Source of the DNA: Chrysomallon squamiferum
Taxonomy: Eukaryota > Animalia > Mollusca
Assembly (NCBI GenBank): GCA_012295275.1
Contig: CM022666.1
Span: 11,470,001 to 11,534,000, forward strand
Direction: 5' to 3'
DNA: 64,000 nt
Shown here: positions 12,145 to 26,041 of the stretch, one piece after another
Position numbering within the stretch: position 1 is the first letter of the stretch
Layout of the letters: each line of letters opens with the position of its first letter
The notes under the pieces: generated by a model
Databases searched by the model: none
What the model saw: only the letters and a program-made list of their open reading frames with translations
What the model was told of the DNA's origin: nothing
Program-made: the position numbers and the translations under genes

Positions 12145-13088
12145 TACTCTTCAAGAAAAAAAAAATGAGAGGAACTCTAACAAGAATTTTCAATCGCCAG
12201 AATTGTAAGATGTGGGGAATGGTTTATGATAATAGTTAACAAACTTGGCAAACATTACAGCGGTAGTTCAGTATTACAGCAGGTCTTGTGACCACCAAGG
12301 ATCGCGAAGGACAATAAGTAAGACTTCCATTCAGTCGACGAGGCACACTGCTTATGAATTTCCTTGTGGTCATTTGAGGTGTCTGTCCACTCATCCTAAC
12401 ACGGGAAAGTCTGGGCTCACTGCTAGTCACGTCAGTCGAAAGATGTTTCGCTGCTGGAGGTGAGCACTGACGATTCCTGCACGGACATTTTGTCGTCGTA
12501 GGAAAGGGACGATATAAGGCGTCAGTGTGTGATTGCGGGATTCAACCTTCCCAACCATCATCGATTCATCAAACTGCTTTGTCTGACCCGTCACATGGAC
12601 ACCAGGGGCCTGATGAAGTTTTGCAACAATTTGATTTCCCGTTCTAACTCGATATCGTAGAGCCTAGTTACGATCCTGTTCTCTTGTCTTTGCCCCGACG
12701 AAATGAACGGGACGATCACCAGGATTTTTGGTTTGTTTCTTCTTCTTCCATAATTTCTTTATCTCCGACTTCGAAACTTTGAAAGTGTTGGCCACTTCAA
12801 GTTGACTTCTGTCCGTATGCAGCATGACAATAGTCCGTAGATGGTCAACGCGATACGAAAGCCGCATAGCAAATTCAAACAAAAAATAACCTAAAAAACA
12901 AAAAAAAAAAAAAATACTTTATGATCAATAAAAACGATTTTCCCGGAAATTGTCAGAATGAAGAATGACACCAAGCAAATGTACGGGTCAGTTGTGTGAT
13001 AAACAGACTGAACATTCTTTACTAGCAGGTTTGGGCTGAAAACGTATGTTAATACTGTAGGTTCCCTAATTTTTTTTAAGAATGCATA
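12145..13088 (-). mobile_element. Decayed, internally deleted Tc1/mariner DNA transposon
   Basis: The minus-strand fragment 12664-12882 resembles the Tc1 paired-like HTH (MLHTDRSQLEVANTFKVSKSEIKKLWKK...GDRP...REQDR). The fragment near 12300-12430 resembles the Tc1 C-terminus (SPD.. and KFISSVPRRL). Degenerate terminal inverted repeats: tactcttcaa(a)n tgagaggaac and gttccctaa(t)n aagaatgca. Stops and frameshifts are present. Confidence 0.65.
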
Positions 13089-13176
13089 TACAGACAATTT
13101 TAACTGCTTAAACAAATAGTTACTGCCTTTCAAATATGAAAATGAAATATTCCTCATACTGATTATCTTTATTACC

Positions 13177-13310
<134 letters not shown>

Positions 13311-16048
13311 AAATTAATTATATATCAAGTAAAATAAAAGAGGATGAACAGGATGAAACAGAATGTAAGACTAAGGCTAAATGTTAAATAAACACTCGTG
13401 GTTTATACGTTGTCCTGTAAGTTAATTTTTAGAATCCACAGACATAAGAAGAAAAGAAAATACTAGTAACTGATAAACGTTTAATATAGTTATTATGACG
13501 TTAAATAATTTAAAATTTAGTTCAGATGCAGAAGTACAATGGGTGATAATATTTGTACGCTTCGTAACAAATTTATTAGATTTCATAATGATAAAAGCAG
13601 TTTGTTTTCTAAAGTGTTCCATATTTAGTTTATAATACTTTTTCTACGGTGTAATAAATACTAAATTAAAATACATTATTTATTAATTTTGTTTTGTGAT
13701 GATTTTTAATTCATCTTTTTAATTCTTTTTTCTTTGTTACAAATAGACTTGTCAAGAAAGAAAGTATACATATGTAATATACTCCATTTATTATAATCAA
13801 CATGATGATTTTTGCATGGACGAATATTTAGAGAACAGTTTTGCTAATATAATTTTTGTGCTATGTTTGATGATCAAGAACAGTATTATATGCTTCATGT
13901 TTAGCGATTTCACAGTATTAAGTTTTAACTTTGCTATTCAACCTCCACAACATGTCATGCAAGGACGAACTCGGCGTGACGTAACGACGTGGTCAGCTGG
14001 GGTGGTCAGTATTCAGTCCGGTCACAGGTGTTTGGTCAGCAGTGCGCTGAGGACGTGTTTATTTACACTTCCTCGTTTAAAGTTCTTACGTTTCCTCGCA
14101 GTCGGCTTTGAACATTCCACGTGTTTTTTTTCAGTCAGAAATGGTTTGTGGATGTCGTCAGTTCTTTTACGCTTTGTAAGATGTGGTTGCTTTGAGGAAA
14201 TAACTGTTCAAGAAATCATTCCCAACATTTGAACATTTGCCACACTCGTTGTAACAGCCAAAACATTCAAATTTGCTTCAGAGCCTTATTTGCAGTTTGT
14301 AGAAATCTATATTTCTAATATGTATACTTTCTTTTCATGGTCAAGTTAATATGTCAACATTTTTGTTTTCCGTAAAATGTTTTCAGAGATTCTGCAACCA
14401 CTTCATTTCCACGATGTCGGTATGACGCACATCTTAAATTTAAAAAAAAATAACAGTAACAATGTAAATTCAATGTAAATTCAACAATAACGTATCTGCC
14501 AAATGGCCAACAGTCTAATTTTAGAAAACTAAACATGAAATCCAAATGTGAAACTAGAGGTAAAGAATTTTTTATTTTACTGCATTGTACTGAAGAGGAA
14601 ATGGCGCTGTTGTCCGTTGTCAGAAAAAATTTGAATTCCCTTAGGCACGTTAATATTTTCAAACAGCATGCTCTTAACACGAGTTGCAACATGCTTGTTC
14701 GGGGTTCTTATTCGGTTAGAAATCCTATTTGGTCGCAGAAAATATCAATGGTTAAGATGGACTCTTCCAGATAATTTGGAAACCCATGTACTAGATGCTT
14801 TTCCTTTGAATTTTACTTTTAATAATGTAGATCTATAAAAACAACAACAACTATAATAATAAAATAGTTTGTATGATTCTTTTTTCATATTTTATTAATA
14901 GCTAAAACATGAATACTTGTTAATATACTTTGCTGATAACTGATAAATAAATTTTCAAAATGTGATTTACGATCATGCTGGTTTCCAGAACTCAAATAAA
15001 GCAGATTTTACCATGTGCAGTCCATTTAGTTTGGCGATGGTGTGTTTACTTTCCATTCAGAACTCTGTACTTCATTCACACGGGCTTTTCAGTAGTAAAA
15101 TCACAAAGTCTCACACTTTGATATGAGCGCTGACTGAAACTCTGAATACACGTCTTACACAAAATATTCACCTTTATGCCCACTTTACCTGAACTGTTAC
15201 AGTTATCAACATTGGTTTCTAATTAGTCAATTGAATTCCTTGCCCAGGAGAAATTTGTTGTTTTTATTTATTCGTCATATAGAAAAGTCAGTATGGATGA
15301 TGAGTTTGTTGAAACACTGAGAAAAGAGAAACCTTTTGTCCTGTATCGGTGTTTTTATCAAATTTAATAAATACTATGTGAAATATCAATTAACATTAAA
15401 ATAATGAAGTGTAGTTTGATATAGGTTTTTGTGTGATGATAGAATACAGTATTAGTTAACTGATATAAATTCTCATTTTCCTTGCAGTGTTTACATACGT
15501 CTCACTGTTACAAAATTTAGTGAGTTGTTAAATATTTACTTATTTTATAAAAGTTTATTGAAAATGATTTTATTAAAAAGTAAAACAAAGTAAATTTATT
15601 TGGATTATAATAATGTTTTACCTTGTTTATTGTAAGTGTGTAGTTTTTATAAAAGTGCAACGGACAAAATGTAACTTATTTCCGTCTTCATTTAACTTAT
15701 CTCCTTTTTTCTTCCCTGTTATTATTTGTGTACTTTTATAACTGAATGTATTTGTAAAAACTGTTAATATTTGCATTGCGTTCCATTTGTTTTCTTCCAT
15801 TTTGAGGTAAAAATTTATTTCGATAAAATTACGGGAAAAAATAAAATAAAATAAATAAATAAATAAAACAAAATAAATACAATTATAAAATAAATAAGTA
15901 AATGAATAAAAATATACGAATAAACATATTTTTAAGTAAACATTAAATATAAAATATTTCGTTTGTGGTAAATCCGTCCAATTACTTAACGTACAATGAA
16001 TATACATTTATAAGTACATTTGAGCAATTACAACCAAACACCTCACCC

Positions 16049-16061
16049 ATATATCTATATC

Positions 16062-16098
<37 letters not shown>

Positions 16099-16200
16099 AT
16101 CTATATATATATATATATCTATATCTATCTATCTATCTATCTATATCTATCTATCTATCTATATATATAGATAGATAGATAGATATAGATATAGATATAT
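16049..16200. repeat. (TATC)n/(GATA)n microsatellite with internal strand flip
   Basis: Direct read. Confidence 0.93.
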
Positions 16201-17660
16201 AATTTATCTCTGATTTTAACACGTTTATATAATGTGTCCAGTTGCTTAGTCATAAATGAACTGAAAGTAATTTTTTTTTAAATCAGACCTTGGTGCTTTT
16301 TATTTAGATGGTAAAACCTTCTTCAAGATTTAAATTTTTGGTAACGTTTCAAAAATTTATAAAATATATTCTAAATGATATATCGTCCATTTAATAGCTA
16401 TTTTAAAACATTTCCATTTATTAAACTTATTGAATGTAAAATCTGATACGTTTTTCGTCTTTCTTTAAAATGTTTGTATTTATAGAATAGCTGCAGTATT
16501 TGTAATGGCTGATACTTTGTGAACAGTGAATAGCGTCCAAAAGTAGCTTTTTAATAATCAACTAATACTTTAAATATATTTGACTGCGGTGTACATATGA
16601 AATATAAATAAATTAAAATAAAATAAAACAATAAAATTTACGTATAGTATGTTTGTTGTTTTTACAGAGGAGTAACTGGAACAGCATTTGCGTTTGTATT
16701 GTCATTTCATTTTCCTTCATTAATAATATAACATATTCTATACCTTTTTACTTTTATCATTAACTGTTATAACATCTGTAACAATACTGTATTTTATTTG
16801 TTAGATTAAACTAGTTCCTTTTTTATTTCCAAAAACAAAATATGCCTTAACGTTACAGTTATAAAATTTTTTTAAAAAAAGATGCTTCCTAACCCAACAC
16901 TGATAAGCAAAACAAATTCGGTTATATAAAACTATATATATTTATAGATTGCATTGTAAATATTATCTTCTATATTTCTACCTAGTTAGAAATTACGAAA
17001 CTTTTGATATTAGTCCAACAATGCAAACTACAGAGGAATTAATTACTTCCAGTATGTTGAATATGTCGTCACTAATTCTGTTAAATTTATTCTTTCATTT
17101 CATTTTATTTATTCATTTTAATTAATTCAATTATTTATTTATCTGTTTATTTATTTATTGCACAGGTTATACGTGAGGACAGTCTTGCGAACAAACGATT
17201 GACTAGGAAGACATTTCCTAACTTTGCTATTACTTCTGTTTTACATTCAAACTCTCAAGGGCTGCACACTAAATCTAGGCCTACATACCAAAAGAAATGA
17301 CATAAAATATGCAGAGAATCAATTACAAACATATAAGATTCAAACTGATATCTGTTTTTATTCACTGATTTTGTATATTTTATTTTATTGGAATCTGAAA
17401 TACAAAGTTCGAGGTTGGTCAGTTTAATGTTTTGTGTTGGTAAGAAAACGTGCACTCACAGAATGGTTTGTGTTGGGACAGAGGCTTTCTTCAAATCAAA
17501 TTACGTACCGAGTTTCCACCGTCTGATGTAATTTCGTCCACCAGCTTTACATAGAATATTTACCAATCAACAATCAGTGCTAGGAAACCATGCACAATAA
17601 AACGCAGTGAATTTTATCAATAATTTTAGTATTTATTTTCTTACACAACAAAAACGTTCG

Positions 17661-17662
<2 letters not shown>

Positions 17663-17696
<34 letters not shown>

Positions 17697-17780
17697 CCCA
17701 CACACACACACAAACACACACACACAAATACATACACACACTAATGCACACACACACACACACACACAAATAAACACACA
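17663..17780. repeat. Interrupted (CA)n microsatellite
   Basis: Direct read. Confidence 0.93.
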
Positions 17781-18053
17781 TTATTTTATTCTATTTTTTT
17801 TTGTAATGACATGTGAAACACAAGCAGGAAATACAAAAAGTTAAAGTTTGCAAAAAATGTATTCGGCTGAAATAGTTTAATATTTGTCTTATATTCTGGT
17901 CAGGTGCAAATTTTACTTAGAAACAGAAGTACCCCAGTAGCAGGAGTCTTTTAGTGAAATATGAATACAGTTTGTCTTTACACGTCCATCTCATTTTACT
18001 TCTTGCTTCACTCATCACCTTCAACCTTCTCTAACCAGTATAAGCGTTACACA

Positions 18054-18093
<40 letters not shown>

Positions 18094-18798
18094 AAACTAA
18101 TTATTAAATAAATAAATACATTTAAAAAACAAACAAATAAATACATTTAAAAAACAAACAAATAAAAAAATTTAAAAAAAAATAAAAATAAAAATAAATT
18201 TAAAAAACAAATAAAAAAGAAATCACTATTGCACATACGCTGTGGGGGGAAGAGTCCAGTTTTCAGGACGATACACCTGGATGAAGATGACTGACAGCTT
18301 ACATTACAAGGTAACGTGAAAGGGTAGTAGGACATCTGAAATTTTATATCAGCTGTTGCTTATTTAGAGTCATTGATTAAAAATTAGTAAAATGTCAGTT
18401 TTACTTTTTGGTTTCGGTTCGATAAGCATGCATCATATAGAATTCTCTCTTTTCCTCAGTCAGAGCAACCTTATCTTCTGGAGGACAATCTAAATAGCCC
18501 AGGAAAACCCCTTAAAACCGCTCACTGAATACAGAGTATGAAGAACCAGATAACAGGATTATAATAAAGTAGCTGATACTCATAAGGACAACGACGACGT
18601 CAACAGACAATAATAACATCAGCAAATACAACAACAACAACAACAACAACAATAATAATAATAATAATAATAATAAAATAATAATAAAGTTCTACTACTA
18701 TTTAACAAAGTATAGAGTAAACAAATTATAATTATATCGTGTTTAAATTTATCAGCTTCCCAATAACATACAACAGAAATCTCACAATCATCATCATT

Positions 18799-18911
<113 letters not shown>

Positions 18912-20963
18912 TACTTAATTTCTGATAATTTGGCGAAAAATGATAAAGCATATGATAGCTTTATGACTATTTTCACATTAAATTTGGCTGCAAGTGGAGT
19001 TAATCTTACTATGTCAAATTTGTCTGAATATTTTGAAGTCCTGTCATGAAAAGAAAAATCAGCTTCAATTCTGAAAGAAAGGAACACTTAAGTGAACTTG
19101 AGATGTTTATGACCCAATCAGTGACAGTCTGGTGATTTTAGTCACTTTGCTATTGTATAACTAAACTATGAAGTGGATGAATATGTTGAATTTCAAAAAC
19201 ACTGATTTCCTAACTTGATAGGTATCTGATGTGTTCCTATGTTTGAGCTCATGATAAATATGAGAGGAATAAATTTAAACCTTAAACCTAACCCGTCTGA
19301 CATCTCTAGCCTTCACTTTCCACAGAAATGTGTGTTTTTATTCTCATATTAGCTGAAATTTGTTACTGCCAAGAAGTAATTCGGCGATACAGTATTTCAT
19401 TCAGCACATTATCTTTTGGAAAAAAGTCATTACTAGTGATTTTACTTCTCCCAATGAGTTTATCTTAGAGATTTGTCAGTTTATTCACTGACACTAATAC
19501 ACGAAATAATCTTTATTCGCCATCTTTACAAGTTTACTTTCTCTGAAATGTGTTTGCTCTTCGCCAGTCTCGCAGACACACAGACCTGCCAGCACAGAAA
19601 ACAGTTTACACGACAATAATCCACTTCTCCTCTTTTTACATAAACACGAACACATTCATACACACAGAGTGAAAACAAAAACTAAAAGCTATAAAAATAT
19701 ATCAGAAGACAAAAACAGACACTCACAGCAAAACTGAAACAAAATTAAATCTGGAAAATCAAAATAACAAACATACATTAAACTGAAACAGAAATAAAAT
19801 TAGAACATACAGACGGACAGACGGAAAGTGCAGAACTTTACTTATGTGTTGAAGGTGCTGAGAAGAATGATTCCATGTCTACAAGAAATAAATAACAGCC
19901 AAAATTCACTTTTTTCTTATTGTATCTATGCTAAACACAAAAATGGCACTAATGTCCGCAAAATGTTTTTAAACTGAATATTAACCCTGAAGATGCTTTT
20001 AACCTGTTAATATTTATGATAACTGCATTTCTGAAACACAAACAGAATCCGGGTTAAAAGAACGTATCGTAAAATACTCTTGAATTTTTGAAAGTTGCAT
20101 TTTGTTGGGTTTTTCCTTTTTTCTAGAAATTATTGCTAAAAAGAAAAGGAAATAAATTCAATTAAAAAAAAAATTAAAATTAAATTAAAACGAAAAAAGG
20201 AAATAAAGATTTACTTTTTCAAGAGAAGAAACCAAAATTCGATATATCTAATGTATGTGTGTTTTTTGAATTACATTTTATTTGTTATAATCATTATTAC
20301 TTAATTTACACACACATTAATTTAACACGAATATATTTTTATTTTCATACATTTCCTTGAAATAGATTCGTAACAAAAGAAAAAAGAAAAGAAAAATAAA
20401 CGTATATAAAGAGTGCAGCACAAATCCTGCTGACAGAAATAAAGAGTGGAATGCAGCGTGGTGGAGCGATTCCTGGTTTGCTGTAGTGTGATAATTGTGT
20501 TTTTTCACTTTCCAGTATTTGATAGATACGTATCAAGTGTCGCTGTCGTGATCAACATTACGCTTTCACTCTCGATATTGTGATTTGGGTAGCTGGTGCA
20601 CAAGTGATAATTTGTGAAACAAATTGAATCACGTGTTTTCGGTAGTTGGTTCGTCTCTGGGGAACTCTTTTTCTTCGCTCCTGAAATGCCAAGACACATT
20701 TACGCCTTAGCAGTTTAACGACTCCCGGCAGTTTCGTTTTGTATGCAAATACCGCAGTTTAATTCTAACGTAGGTTATTTCAGAAGATTCGTGTATCTGA
20801 ATACACATTTGTTTAATTTATACAAACATTTTTAAATTAACCCACATCTGTTTTATTTACATAGATATTTCTTTCGTAAAAAATTAAAAAATTAAAAATT
20901 AAAAAACCTTCTTTTATCTACATAGACATTATCTTTCATTATATTTTTACTCTGTCAACTAAC

Positions 20964-21094
20964 ACTTTATGATTAACTAACTTTATCTTTCTCAGCCTTT
21001 CTCAATCAAATAAAGTTAATAAATCATTTATATCAAAGTGATGTATTACGTAGAAATGTTACTGTGTTCAGATTTAAGGTTATTTAAGAATATT
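20964..21094 (+). repeat. About 130 bp direct repeat, copy 1
   Basis: Highly similar to 22843-22979 (actttatgatta...ctttctcaatcaaataaagtt...tattacgtagaaatgttactgtgttca...tatttaagaatatt). Confidence 0.85.
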
Positions 21095-21724
21095 AACACG
21101 TTTTATACATACTTTTCTTGAATATCTAAACAGAAATTTTATGACCGTTTGATTTTTTGGCGGATGTGCCATTACGGTTTCTTGAATAGTTACTTGGTTC
21201 CCAACCTGTTTACTTTTATGCCCCACCCCACCGACTTTTATGGGCCGGCACTAATTTCTTAAAACATGTACCACACCCGTATGTGTCGTATTCATTTTCA
21301 TATTTCATAAAACATGCGAAACATGATTTGATCATTTACTTATTTTGCAAGGCTTTTCTTAGCTATCGACATTTCTGGGTTCAAAAAGATTTTTTCTGAA
21401 TACAAACTGTTCAAACTTTGATATAAGGGGAACAGTGGAGTAGTTTATCTAATTAAGTGCAGAGAGGTTTCTTTGCGAAAGCTATCAGTGATGACATGTA
21501 ACTGTTCACGTGTTCTTTAGACAGTTCAGTGAGCGTCACGTCATATTTTTATACCAGATTTTAACGGCAGGCAGTCACATTTCTGATTTCATTTAGCAAG
21601 ATCACTGGACGTATTTTCTGCTTCTGCATCACTGTTTCGTAGTTTCAAAGGATTGACCTGCTTTTCATGTGGGAAAGCGGGTTTAAAGATTCTCTGCTGC
21701 AAGTCGGTAAACGTTTCGCGTTTC

Positions 21725-21765
<41 letters not shown>

Positions 21766-21930
21766 TATCAATAAATGGTTTATGTAACTGCATCAGTACA
21801 AAGTAATTGTGAATGCATGTATGTATGCTTGTATGTATGTATGTATATATGTATGTATGTGTCTGATATATGCGAGGGTGTGTACATTTTAAATTTTATG
21901 CAACAGAAATATCAGTCCTGAATTTATTTC

Positions 21931-21980
21931 ATTTATTATTATTATTATCATCATTGTTATTATTATTATTATTATCATAA

Positions 21981-22026
<46 letters not shown>

Positions 22027-22107
22027 CATCATCACTATTATTATTATTATCATCATCATCATTATTATTATTATTATTATTATTATCATTATTATTACTT
22101 TTATCAT
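21931..22107. repeat. (ATT/ATC)n microsatellite
   Basis: Direct read. Confidence 0.93.
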
Positions 22108-22509
22108 AAGCTTCTTATCTATTTCTACGTGTCTCTCTTATTTGATTTTTTAATAAGAAGTTATAGAATAATCAGTTATGGTAATTTAAAAACTGTTAGA
22201 AGATATTTAAAGGTACACTTCAAAGCTCCGTAAGACTTAATTACAAACACTGCCTTAGACGTGAAAACACTGGATGTTTATATATCTATTAAAATATTTC
22301 CTTTCTGTAACGAGAAAAATGAACAAGAAGGACTGACATTAATCCTTGGATGAATGGATTATGTCAACACATTCCTTAATCCTGATTGATCAAAGCAAAA
22401 CATTTCGAAAAAGAATATCCGCTCAGAGAGGGATGGTGACGTTAGGAGGCTTGCTGATGATGTTTCTCATTTATCCTCTTTCCCATGAAAAAAATAAATA
22501 AAAATTAAA

Positions 22510-22559
<50 letters not shown>

Positions 22560-22842
22560 AGTACACAACTATTAAATGTCTCTTGTGGTCTCTATTTATA
22601 ATTAATGTTTTAATTTGAATACAATTTGCAGCTATTTACTCATGAATGTTTGTAAGTTTAGATAGTTATTCAAAAAGATTGAATTAACGCAAATACGATA
22701 TCTCATGATCATTTTCGTAGGTCTCCTGAAAGAGTAAACTATGCCACACTGATTTCACAGTCATCAGACTAAGTAAATACAGTTATCTTCTCGATTTCTC
22801 ATGAAAGCTTCCAGGCCCCATAGCTATGATGACAAACCTTCA

Positions 22843-22979
22843 ACTTTATGATTAAATAACTTACTCTTTCTCACCCTTTCTCAATCAAATAAAGTTGCTA
22901 AAAATAATAATTTGTATGAAAGTGATATATTACGTAGAAATGTTACTGTGTTCATATTTTAAGGCTATTTAAGAATATT
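22843..22979 (+). repeat. About 130 bp direct repeat, copy 2
   Basis: Same-orientation copy of 20964-21094. Confidence 0.85.
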
Positions 22980-25900
22980 GCTAATTTTCTCATAATTATA
23001 TGGATCAGTTCTAGGAACTACTCGTTTTTTGAGTCTGCTCGTTTTACGATGTCAGTTCTGTTTTCACTGCGAAGTAATCAAGACACATCTCATAGACTGG
23101 TTTCTGTTATCTTTGACACAATGTCATGTTTACCATGTTACGCTTTCTATACGGTTTAGAGACGAGTGACACGAGCATAAAAGAAATGAAATGATTGGAT
23201 AAAACAGTTTTGTCAAGAAAATCATCACTAAGACACTTTCTTTAGCGTTCGAACAAATTTACATTTGTTCGCAGACGAGTTAATGACAATTACAAACATA
23301 ACGGAAATGTTCTATTTTATATTACACTAATAAGGTGAACCCGGTTTACAGTTCATGCCAGACTCCTGAACTATCCGTCCAAAACAATCCTGCTTCACAA
23401 CTCTTCCTGAAAGCTAGAACTTCAGTAAATAACAGAACAACAAATAAACAAACTAATCAAAATATTGTACAAGCCAAAGGCGATCAGTAGATTTTTGCGT
23501 TGTTAATATTAACATATTTTCCTTTGTAATATTTTATTCAGAGAAAAAAATTGTTGTTAATTTAAATAATTGAGTTATTTTATTAGAAAAATAGAAAAAT
23601 AAATCAAAGCCACAGAAACCTTATTTATATAACTGCAAAATTCCAAGACTGATCTAATTCCTTAGTTAAATTAGGACACATAAAAACATGAGCGATTATT
23701 TGGTATAAATAATAAATAAAGTTATATAGATCAGCTCTGGAATTTCAGTTTTAGTCTCTCTTGCAATTTATTAACTTAAATAATTGATAAATGTAACTAA
23801 CAATGTATTTAATAATTAAATAAACAAAAATATTATTTATCAATATTTGGCAGGATTTATAAGTGAACTGTATACATTATTTAACTAGATGCAACATATC
23901 TAACAAAACACTGTTATAATAAAATATTTAAAATAAAAATACTTCATAGGAATATAATATTTTAACCTTTGGAGTTGTTTGTACTTCCTCCAAAGTTCTA
24001 ATAAGTATGTCAGCTTTTGAAGGGAAAAAAATGTGATATCCTGAACAAATAATAAATCAATACTTGATTGCTATCGGCATAAGAGACAGTGTTGAGTAAG
24101 AGAAGATATTTCAAATCAACAGTCCCAATCTTGGTTTAATCAAACTAGATTAAGCAGACGACAGCTCTGGTCGTCTCCGTGCACAGCATCATTGAGAGGT
24201 CACGCATCCAGACTGGGGTACAAAGAGACGTCCACAGTTCCTCTAGCCCATTAACTTTAGTATGTTCTCTTTTATACAAAATTAGCCTTTCTAGGAAAAG
24301 ATGTAACAATTTCAGCTAGGCAGTTTATATCAAGTTTAATTCTTTTGCTAGTGCCTGTTTCAGCTAGCACATCTCCAGCCAAGTAAATTATCTACAGTGA
24401 GAGGAATGCATTAAAATATAAATATCGAACTTGAGACCGCATCCCATAATCTTATAACAGTTTATAAAATAGTACGAATCTCTTGAAAATCTATACGTTT
24501 GATAGTTTGCGACAAGATACACACTTTTCATCTTACACTTCTTGGAAGGATGCGGCGCCAAGAAAATCTACAGTAAAATCGTCAGACTGTACACAATCAA
24601 TTTCCACCCAAATAGATCTCCTTCCTTGCCTGTGATGTCGTGACCTAGCATCGATTTTACAGCTTATTGATTGGACAGTACCCCAAACTATCGAATGGTT
24701 CAATTTGGGGTCTGATTTAATTTCACTGTCTCTAATAATGTTGAACAATTTGTTTATTCTGTTATTTCCCTTTTTCGCACATCTCTGTTCTTTGTCCTTT
24801 TGAACTAGTAATTGAATTGTCCCAGGAGTAATTTACTAATTTTATTTCGTCAAGTTCACTTTACCTGTAGTGTGTCATGAGGTTATACTAATCCCGCAAA
24901 ACTGTTTTTGAATGTTTGCTTGCACTTAAATGTACAAATTATCAGTCGCGATATTTCTCAGCTGGATGTGTAACAGAAAGTAATTGGCAGACTAGACTGT
25001 TTAATAACGAAATGGTGTCAAATTAGAATTATTAATAATTGAATGTTTTTTTGTAGTTGTTATTTTTGATCTATATATAAAACAACAATTATTTAAAAAA
25101 ATATATAGCCTTTTTTGTCGTACATTAAACATTTTTTTAAAATAATTTTCTACTTTCAAGACGTTCTAGACCACGAATGGTTATTTTTGCTTGATGATAA
25201 TCAAGATAAAGTAGACTTTATTATTTAGTGAGAGGCAGGGAGGGAGGCAGGGAGGAAGTGAGAGAGAGAGTACAAATTTACTCATCGCAGAGTGGTGCTA
25301 AATCTGAGCTATTTGTTCTTCTAAAACCTGCATGTGTCTGTAAAGACAGCTTACAAAGATGGAACAGGAAATGTCAATGATTACCGGTTAAAATTCAGTG
25401 TTCTCATTTAACACTGACATTTACAAATGAGCTTGTGAGAAATGTCAACATCTTCTTTTGTCTACCCATTTTTTAGATTTTTTTATAAAAGCTGTGCATT
25501 TGTTATTCGACAAGTAACAAAATTTATGGTGCCAGCCCATTTGTGATGATCACTTTCATGGTTGGAATTCTGTTGCGGCGTTAATTTATACGTAGTACAT
25601 CTCGTATAAAAGAGTTTTTGGATACGGTGTGACGCCATTGGGTTCCAAGACATTGCACACGGCGAAAAATATTGATGCTAAAGAGTAATGTGGAATTAAA
25701 GTGAATTGTCCATGCCTGTAACCAAGTATTGTAAATCAAAAGTGCGGAAGAAATTAAATTTCAAGCATTCTTTATGGATACGGGAACAGTAAATCAAAAT
25801 AAACATAGAAGGAACTGTTAAAAAAAGGAGAAAGCTTTAATAGTTCCAACATTTTTTATTTCAATTTTACAGTCAGACAACTGAAACACCACTTCTCTGT

Positions 25901-25997
25901 ATAAACGTATTCAAAAGATTTTACATTTGTTGATAAATAATTTTATATATTTATTTATTTATTTATTTATTTATTATTATCATTATTATTATTATTA

Positions 25998-26041
<44 letters not shown>

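Noticed and set aside
13816-14774. 138, 112 and 79 aa ORFs downstream of neuroligin
   Set aside because: No recognisable domain or splice architecture; probably UTR or old repeat sequence.
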